Positions 55,490-64,000 of a stretch of 64,000 bases of DNA are shown here, one piece after another (the stretch's first letter is position 1; each line of letters opens with the position of its first letter). Both the position numbers and the translations under genes were made by a program. Source of the DNA: an uncultured Patescibacteria group bacterium (GTDB lineage: Bacteria; Patescibacteriota; Minisyncoccia; Phycocordibacterales; UBA918); assembly GCA_934699595.1 (NCBI GenBank), contig CAKUWT010000001.1, positions 71,839 through 135,838 of the forward strand, in the 5' to 3' direction. The notes below the pieces were generated by a model. That model was not told the origin of the DNA. It worked only from the letters and a program-made list of their open reading frames with translations, and did not search any database.

Positions 55490-56299
55490 CTAAATTTGTT
55501 GTAAATTATCACAGTCAACATTGGCGGTAACGTAGTCATAAACCTCATCAACCGTGTCTAGCACCACAAATAGATCGAGATCCTCGGGACTAATAGTGGC
55601 ATGTTTCTTGAGCAAAGTTTTCTTAATCCACTCAACCATCGGATTCCAAAATTCACTGCCGTACAAGACAATCGGGATGGGTTCAGTCTTTTTGGTCTGG
55701 ATTAAAGTGACGATTTCAAAAAACTCATCCAGGGTACCAAAACCGCCTGGAAAATACACGTAAGCCTCTGAGGAAAAAGCCAGCATTACCTTACGAGAAA
55801 AGAAGTAATTAAAGTTTAACGATTCGGTTGTATACGGATTAAGGTTCTGTTCAAACGGCAGCTTGATATTTAAACCAACTGATTTACCGCCTACTTTATA
55901 GGCTCCCGCGTTAGAGGCCTCCATAATTCCACCACCACCGCCAGAAATAACCGAAAACCCCCGTTTAGCTAACCGCGCAGCCAACTCTTCCGCATCCTGA
56001 TAATAGGGGCTGTCTGGCGTAGTGCGAGCACTTCCCCAAAAAGTAACAGCCAGGTCATGGCGACGAAGTAAATCAAACCCCTGAATAAATTCAGACATAA
56101 TCCGAAAAATACGCCAGGACTGAACAGCGTCCTGCTCAAGTGAGCTTCCTGTTGGAAACAGGGCATCATCGATTCGACAAAGCTTATCTAATCCGACATG
56201 TTCTATTTTTAATTTATCTTGCTTTTCTTCTTTAGCTTCCTTTCTTCCAAAAAAATCACGTACCATATGTGACCCATTGTAACATCCGTAACTCACCAC
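55490..56299 (-). CDS. LOG-family nucleotide N-glycosidase (TIGR00730 Rossmann-fold protein)
   Basis: ISGGGGGIMEA and PGGFGTLDE motifs. The start is possibly MVRDFF at ~56266. Confidence 0.8.
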   Translation of the reverse strand: MVSYGCYNGSHMVRDFFGRKEAKEEKQDKLKIEHVGLDKLCRIDDALFPTGSSLEQDAVQSWRIFRIMSEFIQGFDLLRRHDLAVTFWGSARTTPDSPYYQDAEELAARLAKRGFSVISGGGGGIMEASNAGAYKVGGKSVGLNIKLPFEQNLNPYTTESLNFNYFFSRKVMLAFSSEAYVYFPGGFGTLDEFFEIVTLIQTKKTEPIPIVLYGSEFWNPMVEWIKKTLLKKHATISPEDLDLFVVLDTVDEVYDYVTANVDCDNLQQI

Positions 56300-56883
56300 G
56301 GGATCTCGCAGTCTTCAAATTCGGGGAGAAGCTTCTGATTGTATAGTAATCGGGAAGCTACTTCAGCATGGCACATCGCTCCGGTAAGAGCATTGTGCGG
56401 GTCAGGTTCAGCAGGAACGCCGCAATATTGCAAAATAGTATTTAAGTTTAAATCAGTCCGTCGACGTTGTTCGTCAAAAGGAATATTTGCTCCTCTTTGA
56501 GTCATATGCATAAAAGCCATGGTGTGAGTATCTAAAGTACGATACGGCAAATCAAAAGCAATACCAGCTCGTAAACATGCATGGCGCACCATATCACGAT
56601 CAAAAGATGGGTTCTGGCCCAGAATAGTGTGATTATCTAAATGTTTTGTCCACTCAATAAATTGCTGAATCGCTTCTGCCTCAGTTAATTTACTTACGTC
56701 GATAATTTCTGCTTCCGTAAAACCGTTCACCGCTAACGCCCCCGACATAACCTTGGCCCCTGGCCAAATACGACACTCCACATAGAAGCGCCTCTCCGGA
56801 TTAGCTAAATCTATTGCCCCAATCGAGACCACTGAATGCAGATTGGCCTCGGTGCCAGAAGCTTCAACATCAAGGACTAACAT
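56293..56883 (-). CDS. DEDD-family 3'-5' exonuclease (DnaQ/epsilon-like)
   Basis: LVLDVEASG Exo I motif, and H...D motifs downstream. Confidence 0.75.
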   Translation of the reverse strand: MLVLDVEASGTEANLHSVVSIGAIDLANPERRFYVECRIWPGAKVMSGALAVNGFTEAEIIDVSKLTEAEAIQQFIEWTKHLDNHTILGQNPSFDRDMVRHACLRAGIAFDLPYRTLDTHTMAFMHMTQRGANIPFDEQRRRTDLNLNTILQYCGVPAEPDPHNALTGAMCHAEVASRLLYNQKLLPEFEDCEIPW

Positions 56884-56903
56884 ATCTTTTATATTAACAC
56901 GAT

Positions 56904-57716
56904 CTACCGCGACAAGTGGCGCCCGCGTGATTCATCGTAAACCCGAATAAAAGCGGCTACGTAGAAAATAATCACACTGAGAGAATAAATCCAAATCAAG
57001 AGAATAAAGATAGTGCCCGCGGTACCAAACAGTCCTGGCAAGGGTGTAGTGAGTAGCTGGGCGGAGACAAAGTACTTACTGACAACAAAAAGTGCCGTAG
57101 CGAGTAGAGAGCCTACCAGGCGAGCTTTAAGAGAATAAACTCGAGCAGGTAAAATACTATAAGCAAACAAACACAAAATAGCCGTCGTTAAGAATAACAA
57201 TAAACTGCCAAGATAAGTAAACGTACTGATTCCCGTTAGGCTAACTATTAAAGAAACAATGTCTTCCAGTACGATGACAAGGAAAATATAAGCTTGCAGT
57301 ATCACAAAGAAAATAGCTAAGCGAATAAGTTGATAAAAGTAAGCCTGCCAGCCTTTTGGATTAATTCCCCAAATTTGTTGAATGCCGTAAATCACCATAT
57401 TGATAGCGACCACAATCATGCCCGAGAAAAATAAAGTTATGATTAGAGGTAAATCATAACTATTAGTCAAGTCACCAAACTTTGTAACCGATTCAGACAA
57501 TTGTTTAGCCAGGTTAACATCCATAGCTTCCCCCCAAGAATAAAGTAGCTTAGAAACTTTCTCATGCCCACTGACCATCCCCACCAGATAGACAGATATA
57601 AAAATTAGCGGCGTGAGGGCGAAAGGGATATAGTAAGATAAAGCGGCGGATAAATGGCCGGCGCCAGTTTTTAGCCATAACTTCCCCGCCTTGATAAATA
57701 AATTTATCCAATTCAT
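56904..57716 (-). CDS. YihY/BrkB-family membrane protein
   Basis: Six transmembrane segments and the N-terminal ALSYYIPFALTP signature. Confidence 0.8.
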   Translation of the reverse strand: MNWINLFIKAGKLWLKTGAGHLSAALSYYIPFALTPLIFISVYLVGMVSGHEKVSKLLYSWGEAMDVNLAKQLSESVTKFGDLTNSYDLPLIITLFFSGMIVVAINMVIYGIQQIWGINPKGWQAYFYQLIRLAIFFVILQAYIFLVIVLEDIVSLIVSLTGISTFTYLGSLLLFLTTAILCLFAYSILPARVYSLKARLVGSLLATALFVVSKYFVSAQLLTTPLPGLFGTAGTIFILLIWIYSLSVIIFYVAAFIRVYDESRGRHLSR

Positions 57717-57738
57717 AAAAACTACCTGCTATTATAAC

Positions 57739-58137
57739 CTACTCTGACCAGTTGCAATTCGCTGCTCGGGAGTAACCGGCCGCCATGGCGGCCGGTTCAG
57801 AAGCAAAGTAAACCCGGTTAGTATCCTTGATCCGACTGACACCTGAACAACTTGTCGGATAATAACGCTTACCAGTTTTGGAGGCGACAAAATTTTGATT
57901 TTGTACTGATGGTTCCGTAACAGCTGTCGGCGCTGCAGAACTTACTGTCCCACCATCCAAGAGAGACATATCGTTAGTTTCTAAATAAAAATCTGGCAAT
58001 CGCTGCAATCCAGCCACTTGGGTATTACTCTCAAGTGATGCGCGACCAAGACCAAAGGCTAATACTGCCGTCAGAGTTACTATCAGACTATAAAAAACCG
58101 CATTATCTTGAAGTAACTGCTTGAGTTTTTCCCACAT
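57739..58137 (-). CDS. membrane-anchored small protein with an Ada_Zn_binding-like C-terminal fold (only 2 of 4 Cys retained)
   Basis: KTGKRYYPTSCSGVSRIKDTNRVYFASEPAAMAAGYSRAANC resembles the Ada N-terminal metal-binding domain pattern. N-terminal transmembrane segment. Confidence 0.45.
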   Translation of the reverse strand: MWEKLKQLLQDNAVFYSLIVTLTAVLAFGLGRASLESNTQVAGLQRLPDFYLETNDMSLLDGGTVSSAAPTAVTEPSVQNQNFVASKTGKRYYPTSCSGVSRIKDTNRVYFASEPAAMAAGYSRAANCNWSE

Positions 58138-58181
58138 ATACTGTATACTGTCGCCGTTAGATTATTTATTTATTATAGCGT

Positions 58182-58454
58182 ATGGCAACCAAAAAATCGG
58201 GTGGTTCCGCAAAAAACCTCAGAGACTCACAACCAAAATACCTCGGCGTCAAGCGTGGTGACGGTCAAGTTGTCCAGGCTGGTGAAATTATCGTTCGTCA
58301 ACGTGGTACCAAGATCGAGGCTGGTAACAATGTCCGCACCGGTCGTGACCATACTCTTTTTGCCGTCGCTCCCGGCACCGTTACCTTCCGCAACCGACGT
58401 AAAGTCAACTTTGACGGTAGTCGCCAGGTAAAAAAAGTTGTGGACGTTCTCTAA
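58182..58454 (+). CDS. rpmA: 50S ribosomal protein L27
   Basis: [29 protein letters not shown]. Confidence 0.95.
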   Translation: MATKKSGGSAKNLRDSQPKYLGVKRGDGQVVQAGEIIVRQRGTKIEAGNNVRTGRDHTLFAVAPGTVTFRNRRKVNFDGSRQVKKVVDVL

Positions 58455-58488
58455 GAACTACTCATTCCTTAGAGAAATAAGTAAACGT

Positions 58489-58517
58489 AAAGCCCGCTTC
58501 TGAAAGAAGCGGGCTTT
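58489..58517. terminator. bidirectional rho-independent terminator
   Basis: aaagcccgcttc-tgaa-agaagcgggcttt. Confidence 0.8.
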
Positions 58518-58561
58518 ACTATTCTACACACACCAAACTTTGAAAAGACACTAAGAGATAA

Positions 58562-59269
58562 TTACTCGCCCTCTCCTTCAATAACAGCAGCTTTAGTGAT
58601 CACTACTGGATCTAGTGGCAAATCTCTAGCATCAGTCGCTACCCGACCAATCTTGTCCACAACATCCATACCTTCAATTACTCGCCCAAAGACCGGGTGC
58701 TTTGAGGTCTGAGGCAACTTATCATAATCAAGCGCCTCATTGTCCTCCAGATTGATAAAGAACTGACTACCGCCAGACTCGGGACCAGCGTTCGCCATCG
58801 AAATAGTACCCCGCACATTAGTTAAGTAAGGACCTGCTACAAACTCATCCTTAATCGTGTAGCCTGGGCCGCCAGTACCGTAGGTGTCTTTGTTATCGGT
58901 TTTAGAATTTGGGTCACCGCCCTGGATCATAAAACCATCGATAACTCGATGAAATTTGATACCGTCATAAAATCCTTCCTTAATAAGCTTTTCAAAGTTC
59001 CCTGCCGTAATTGGCATTGTGTCTTTAAATAGCTCAATTTTAATGACTCCCTGATTGGTGTCCAAAACCGCGATTGGGTTAGCTTCGTTCGTAATTCCTG
59101 GTTGCATAATGTTATTTTCTTTGACTGTTAAGGGGGTAGCGGCCGGCTGATTCTTGGCAATATCAGCCCAAGTTTTTGGAGTCTGATAATCAAGATACCA
59201 AACGATTCCACCAATAATTAGAGCTGATCCTACTAACAAACTGCCCACGATAAATAATTCATTTTTCAT
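58562..59269 (-). CDS. ppiB: cyclophilin-type peptidyl-prolyl cis-trans isomerase (membrane-anchored)
   Basis: FHRVIDGFMIQGGDP and an N-terminal transmembrane segment. Confidence 0.85.
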   Translation of the reverse strand: MKNELFIVGSLLVGSALIIGGIVWYLDYQTPKTWADIAKNQPAATPLTVKENNIMQPGITNEANPIAVLDTNQGVIKIELFKDTMPITAGNFEKLIKEGFYDGIKFHRVIDGFMIQGGDPNSKTDNKDTYGTGGPGYTIKDEFVAGPYLTNVRGTISMANAGPESGGSQFFINLEDNEALDYDKLPQTSKHPVFGRVIEGMDVVDKIGRVATDARDLPLDPVVITKAAVIEGEGE

Positions 59270-59286
59270 ATAATGACGTCAACTAA

Positions 59287-59727
59287 CTAGAGAGCGACTA
59301 CCTCAATCTTTAACTCACCTTTCTTCTGGCCATAAGCGGCCGCGACGGACGTGATCCCCAATGACTTAATTGGCTCAGCTAAGTTCAGGGTGTCTGGCTC
59401 AACAGTAAACCCTTTCGCTCCCAGTGCCTTGACGATATCATCAACTTTTACGGCCTGAAAAAGATGACCCTGCTCATTGGCCTTAGCACTGATAATAACT
59501 GTCTCGGTCGCTAACTTCTCGAGCATGGTCGCTAAATTGACCTCTTTAGCCTGTACGTCTGCCTCATTCTGACTAGCTACCTGCTTCACGGCTTTGATAT
59601 TTTGGGCTGTTGCTGGCTTAGCCAACCCTTGAGGAATCAACTTATTTTGAGCGTAGCCATCTGGAACCTCTACGATACTGTGTCGCAATCCCAACTTGGC
59701 TACATCGCGCAAAAGAATCACTTTCAT
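59287..59727 (-). CDS. rplI: 50S ribosomal protein L9
   Basis: MKVILLRDVAKLG... The start is MKVILL at 59727 rather than the track's 59754. Confidence 0.85.
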   Translation of the reverse strand: MKVILLRDVAKLGLRHSIVEVPDGYAQNKLIPQGLAKPATAQNIKAVKQVASQNEADVQAKEVNLATMLEKLATETVIISAKANEQGHLFQAVKVDDIVKALGAKGFTVEPDTLNLAEPIKSLGITSVAAAYGQKKGELKIEVVAL

Positions 59728-59804
59728 AACAATAAAATCAGACTGATAACCCACCTACTATAACAAAATCACCCCTAAAAGAGCAAACTTCTTTTTAAAT
59801 GACT

Positions 59805-61154
59805 TTATTCGACTAAAACAGGCTTAGTTGACTTCTCACTTTTTACCTCCTTACCGTTTAGGAAATCGATAGCGGCTCGCAGTTGGGGGTCTTCATCTTT
59901 TTGCCTCTGTTCCAACGTACGGTTGATGTAGATATCTGGAGTCAACCCTCCTTCAGAAATACTAGTACCATTCGGCGTCAGCCAGCGTGCAATAGTCACC
60001 TTGAGTGAGGTGCCCTTTTCCAAAGGAATCAGCTCCTGTACCGACCCCTTACCGAAGGAGTTGGTACCGATAAGCTTCGCTGCACCGTGCTCTTGCAAGG
60101 CCCCAGCTAAGATTTCCGACGCAGACGCTGACCCCTCATTAATTAAGACCACCACCTCTCCTGGTGCAAACTCCTTCACGATTCTTCCTGTGCTGCGATA
60201 GAGCTCCTCTTTTTGACCTTCACCAAAATTCTCTCGAAGCACCACCTTGCCATTAGGTAAGAAATAACTGGCAATCGCCACGGCGCTATTCAAGAAACCG
60301 CCCGGGTTGTCACGTAAGTCAAAGACGAGTTTTTTACTGTCGCTACTTGCATACTCCACCAAGGCTTGCCTCACTTTGCTTTCAGAAATAGCATTAAAGC
60401 TGTACAGAGAAATAATAAAAACATCTCCTTGCTGCTCCGTTTTTACGGTTGGCACTTCAATATTAGCGCGGACAATCTCCACCTCATCAATCCGCATAGC
60501 TTCGGGGTGTATTACTCCCAAAATAACACTAGTACCTTCCTTGCCGCGAATCTTATCAACTGCTTGATCTAAGCCAATATTTTCAGTACTCACTCCATCA
60601 ATAGACACCAACACATCGCCAGCGGTAATACCAGCCTTTTGAGCAGGGGTGCCCGACAACGGCGCAATAACAGTAATAACTCCGTTTCGCATTCCCAACT
60701 CCATCCCCACTCCGCTAAAATTCCCTGAGATATCATCATTTAGTTCAGCAGCATCCTGCTCAGAAAGAAACATCGTATATGGATCGCCGTAGGCTCGAAC
60801 TAAACCTGCGATAGCTCCCTCCACCTTCTCACGAACGGTCAGCGGCTCCTCCTCAGTTTCCACGAACTTATCCTCCATCAAACGCCAGACTCGCCAGAAT
60901 TCGGTCATATCGATCCCCTCAACTGATGTATTCTTCTTATTACCCCATCCAAACCAAGAAAGTAAGCTAGCCTCTTGTCCCGCATCCGCCACCACTCCTG
61001 AAATACCACTACCAACCATGATTCCAGACATGAAAGTCGCCCCCGCCAGAACCAACGCCAAAGTGACGCCGAGGAGTAGTTTTTTACTGCTGCTAGTGGT
61101 AGGTTCAGTCGAAACGGTTCTGACTGGTGTGTGTTCTTGGTTATCTAATTTCAT
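59805..61154 (-). CDS. ctpA: C-terminal processing peptidase (S41, Ctp/Prc) with a PDZ domain
   Basis: N-terminal transmembrane segment, PDZ region (GSPAQKAGITAGDVLVSIDG), NPGG, and a Ser/Lys dyad region. Confidence 0.85.
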   Translation of the reverse strand: MKLDNQEHTPVRTVSTEPTTSSSKKLLLGVTLALVLAGATFMSGIMVGSGISGVVADAGQEASLLSWFGWGNKKNTSVEGIDMTEFWRVWRLMEDKFVETEEEPLTVREKVEGAIAGLVRAYGDPYTMFLSEQDAAELNDDISGNFSGVGMELGMRNGVITVIAPLSGTPAQKAGITAGDVLVSIDGVSTENIGLDQAVDKIRGKEGTSVILGVIHPEAMRIDEVEIVRANIEVPTVKTEQQGDVFIISLYSFNAISESKVRQALVEYASSDSKKLVFDLRDNPGGFLNSAVAIASYFLPNGKVVLRENFGEGQKEELYRSTGRIVKEFAPGEVVVLINEGSASASEILAGALQEHGAAKLIGTNSFGKGSVQELIPLEKGTSLKVTIARWLTPNGTSISEGGLTPDIYINRTLEQRQKDEDPQLRAAIDFLNGKEVKSEKSTKPVLVE

Positions 61155-61269
61155 GTAGCTTATTATGACATAATAAATTAAGACACCAAGTCACTAAACC
61201 ACAAGCAATATCAGGTGGTGAGAATTAGTAGGTAAGAGATCAACTTTTTGTTACAATAACGATAATTCT

Positions 61270-62727
61270 ATGGCCCTATCATTTTTTAAACGTCCTAAGC
61301 AGACAATACAAGACGAAAAGGCACTAAAACTCTTTAATACCGAGACGAAACAATTAGAGGTCTTTCAAGCGCTCAAGCCACCCGTGGTCACCATGTATTC
61401 TTGCGGCCCGACTGTTTATGATTACGCTCACATTGGCAATTTACGCGCGTATGTTTTTGTTGATATCGTAAAGCGCACTTTAGAATACAACGGTTACGAG
61501 GTGAAAAATACGATTAACTTCACCGATTTTGGTCACCTGACTGATGATGCCGACGCCGGTGAGGATAAAATGCTAAAAGGCCTACGTCGCGAGGGCCTAC
61601 CAATCACCTTACAAGCCATGCGTAATTTGTCAGACATTTATATTGCAGCATTCAAAAAAGACATGGCCAAACTTCGCATTAAAGAACCGACCACCTGGTC
61701 TCGTGCTAGCGATTATATTCATCAGCAAATTCAGCTTATCAAAACTCTTGAAGAGAAGGGCTACACTTATGAGACTAGTGACGGCGTCTATTTCGACATT
61801 AGTCGCTTTCCCGATTATGGCCGCCTGGGTGACATTGATATTCACTCTCTCAAGGACGGTGCTCGTGTAGAAGTGAATCCAGAAAAGCGACACCCGGCTG
61901 ATTTCGCCATTTGGAAGAAAGGTCTGTTGGGTTGGAACAGTCGCTGGGGTAAAGGTTTTCCTGGTTGGCATATTGAGTGCTCGGCGATGGCGCTCAGCAC
62001 TCTAGGTCGAGAAATCGATATTCACACTGGTGGCATTGATCACATTCACACGCACCACAACGCCGAGATCGCCCAATCAGAAGCAGCGACAAAACGTAAG
62101 TTCGTTCACTACTGGCTGCACAACGCTCACCTCAATATCGATGGCGGCAAGATCTCTAAATCGTTAGGTAATAGTATTTATTTACACAACTTGGAAGATC
62201 GTGGCTATAGTGCCGATGATTTCCGTTACCTCTTGTTAACTTCCCATTATCGCTCCAATGTCAACTTTAGCTTTGCCGCCCTAGACGCCGCCAAGCATGC
62301 CTTGTATCGTCTCAAGCGATTTATTTATGAAGACTACAATAACATCGCCACCAGGGTAAATTCCTATTATGCTGAGCAATTTCAACAACAGTTAAATAAT
62401 GACTTTAATACTCCCAGAATTATTGCTCTTGCCTGGGCTGTCACAAAAGACCCCGACCTGACCAACGGAGAACGTTGCGCCACATTGAAACACTTTGATA
62501 AAGTACTGGCTATTGGACTCAGTGAAGACAAGTACGACGGCTTACAAAAACTTGGCGTTGTCACTGAGACCGAGCTGCCCGAGGCAGTTAAGAAATTAGT
62601 GGCTGAAAGAGAGATTGCTCGACAAAATAAAAACTGGGACGAATCAGATCGCTTACGAGTAGAGATCAATCTTCTCGGATACCGCCTTAAGGATACCCCC
62701 GAGGGACCAGTTGTTTCGGCTGCTTAA
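61270..62727 (+). CDS. cysS: cysteinyl-tRNA synthetase
   Basis: CGPTVYDYAHIGN (HIGH) and KISKSLGN (KMSKS). Confidence 0.95.
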   Translation: MALSFFKRPKQTIQDEKALKLFNTETKQLEVFQALKPPVVTMYSCGPTVYDYAHIGNLRAYVFVDIVKRTLEYNGYEVKNTINFTDFGHLTDDADAGEDKMLKGLRREGLPITLQAMRNLSDIYIAAFKKDMAKLRIKEPTTWSRASDYIHQQIQLIKTLEEKGYTYETSDGVYFDISRFPDYGRLGDIDIHSLKDGARVEVNPEKRHPADFAIWKKGLLGWNSRWGKGFPGWHIECSAMALSTLGREIDIHTGGIDHIHTHHNAEIAQSEAATKRKFVHYWLHNAHLNIDGGKISKSLGNSIYLHNLEDRGYSADDFRYLLLTSHYRSNVNFSFAALDAAKHALYRLKRFIYEDYNNIATRVNSYYAEQFQQQLNNDFNTPRIIALAWAVTKDPDLTNGERCATLKHFDKVLAIGLSEDKYDGLQKLGVVTETELPEAVKKLVAEREIARQNKNWDESDRLRVEINLLGYRLKDTPEGPVVSAA

Positions 62728-62897
62728 GGTGACCCTCGAATCAGATATTTATGACGCAAAATAAGTCCCAACTCAGTCTAAACTAAATAAGGGCAGCTAC
62801 TGCAATTAATATTTATCCCCAATCTCTCCCCCTTGTCCCCTACTACTGTAAAATCAGGACTCGTACTAAGTTTGCTATACTGGACAAACAACTATTT

Positions 62898-64000
62898 ATG
62901 ACTGAACATCATCCGGCAAAATTTAACCGCAATCTCCGCACCCTACCGCAGCACCTGGAAGCTGAAAAGGCTCTTTTGGGTGCAATCTTACTTAAGCCAG
63001 ACGTCATCCATGATATTTCAGTAACAGTCTTCCCTGAGAGTTTTTACGCTGAAAAGAATCGCCTAATTTATGAAAGTATTTACCAAATTTTCATCAAAGG
63101 TGACCCCATTGATATTGTCTCAGTCAGTACCAAACTAAAGAGTAATCAGGCTTTAGATCGGGTGGGCGGGCTGGATTATTTAGCCGAACTCTTAGAAACT
63201 GTCCCGGCCGCTGGTAACGCCCAGTACTACGCTGATCAGGTACAAGGTAAAGCCACCTTGCGAGGCCTTATTAATGCCGCTGATGAAATTGCTGAGATCG
63301 CCTATTCTGACCCTGAAAGTACCGAAGAAGCTATTGATCAAGCAGAAAAGAAGATTTTCCAGGTTACCAACGCGCCTTCGTCACAAAAATTTAAAACCAT
63401 CGGCAATTCCCTAACCGAAGCCTGGGAGCGTTTTGAATATTTAAGTGAACACAAAGACGAAAAACGTGGTGTCCAGTCTGGCTTTACAGCGCTCGATAAT
63501 CTTTTAGCTGGTTTTCAGAAGTCTGATCTTATTATTTTGGCCGCTCGACCATCTGTAGGTAAAACTACCTTTGCTCTGGATATCGCTCGCAATGCAGCTT
63601 TACAACATGGTGCCTCAGTGGGAATATTCTCTTTAGAAATGTCCGACCAACAACTAGTTGACCGCATGTTAGCTGCCGAGGCTGGCGTGGATTCGTGGAA
63701 ACTACGTACCGGACGCTTGAGTAATGACGACGAGTATGATCAGGTGCGTGAAGCCATGGCTAAACTTTCCGAAGCGCAAATACATATTGATGATCAGGCT
63801 GGTAACAACATCTTGAAGATGCGCTCCGCGGCTAGACGACTCAAAAATGAACACGGACTAGATATGTTAATTGTAGATTACTTGCAGCTGATGTCCCCCA
63901 CCGCCACCAAAGCGAGTGATAGTATGACTCAACAAGTGACGGAGATTTCACGCTCTTTAAAAATTCTAGCTCGCGAGCTGGAAGTACCGGTTTTGGCACT
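62898..64000 (+). CDS. dnaB: replicative DNA helicase DnaB (3' end lies outside the window)
   Basis: N-terminal LPQHLEAEKALLGAIL, Walker A ARPSVGKT, and a RecA-like core. Not in the ORF track because it runs off the window. Confidence 0.9.
   Translation, partial: MTEHHPAKFNRNLRTLPQHLEAEKALLGAILLKPDVIHDISVTVFPESFYAEKNRLIYESIYQIFIKGDPIDIVSVSTKLKSNQALDRVGGLDYLAELLETVPAAGNAQYYADQVQGKATLRGLINAADEIAEIAYSDPESTEEAIDQAEKKIFQVTNAPSSQKFKTIGNSLTEAWERFEYLSEHKDEKRGVQSGFTALDNLLAGFQKSDLIILAARPSVGKTTFALDIARNAALQHGASVGIFSLEMSDQQLVDRMLAAEAGVDSWKLRTGRLSNDDEYDQVREAMAKLSEAQIHIDDQAGNNILKMRSAARRLKNEHGLDMLIVDYLQLMSPTATKASDSMTQQVTEISRSLKILARELEVPVLA

Noticed and set aside
1-64000. CRISPR arrays, IS elements or transposases, and rRNA or tRNA genes
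   Set aside because: I scanned intergenic regions for direct repeats with regular spacing, tRNA T-loop or acceptor signatures, and transposase motifs (DDE, HTH-IS). None were found. The only long repeats are local hairpins.

Overview
This is a 64 kb, mostly plus-strand, gene-dense window. It is probably from a small-genome Patescibacteria/CPR-like bacterium: standard genetic code, about 45% GC, shortened tRNA synthetases (ProRS 421 aa, LeuS 785 aa, AlaRS 622 aa), and many genes without a Shine-Dalgarno sequence. Most of the content is conserved housekeeping in familiar order. The blocks are: frr-rseP-proS; mreB-mreC-mreD-PBP2-ychF; leuS; mltG-mnmA; pepF-alaS; infA-rpmJ-rpsM-rpsK-rpsD-rpoA-rplQ then rplM-rpsI; grpE-dnaK-dnaJ; ogt-yigZ-trpS; a T-box leader followed by an archaeal-type aspS; scpA-scpB; dacA-mraY-ftsW-murG-gltX plus an M23 peptidase; a minus-strand block of ROK kinase, LOG, DnaQ-like exonuclease, YihY, rpmA, PPIase, rplI and Ctp; then cysS and the 5' end of dnaB. 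No rRNA, tRNA, CRISPR array or transposase was found.

The non-core items are:
- a GC-rich methyltransferase bracketed by hairpins (7.9-9.1 kb);
- a histidine kinase, receiver-only regulator and membrane protein trio;
- an ATP-cone/PD-(D/E)xK fusion, a Cas4-like Fe-S nuclease and an HD hydrolase (19.9-22.9 kb);
- an actin-like ATPase with a single-pass membrane partner;
- a GC-rich standalone RNA polymerase alpha-CTD-like protein;
- several -10 boxes placed for leaderless transcripts, the clearest at grpE;
- an atypical zone at 50.6-54.6 kb holding a TfoX_N fragment, a 615-nt ORF-free spacer between convergent genes, an EVE-domain protein, a HIT-like gene, a 535-nt leader with a polypurine tract and palindrome, and a GC-rich Rpf-type transglycosylase.

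Coordinates I derived by hand (hairpins, promoters, revised starts) may be off by 1-2 nt. ORF coordinates otherwise follow the supplied track.
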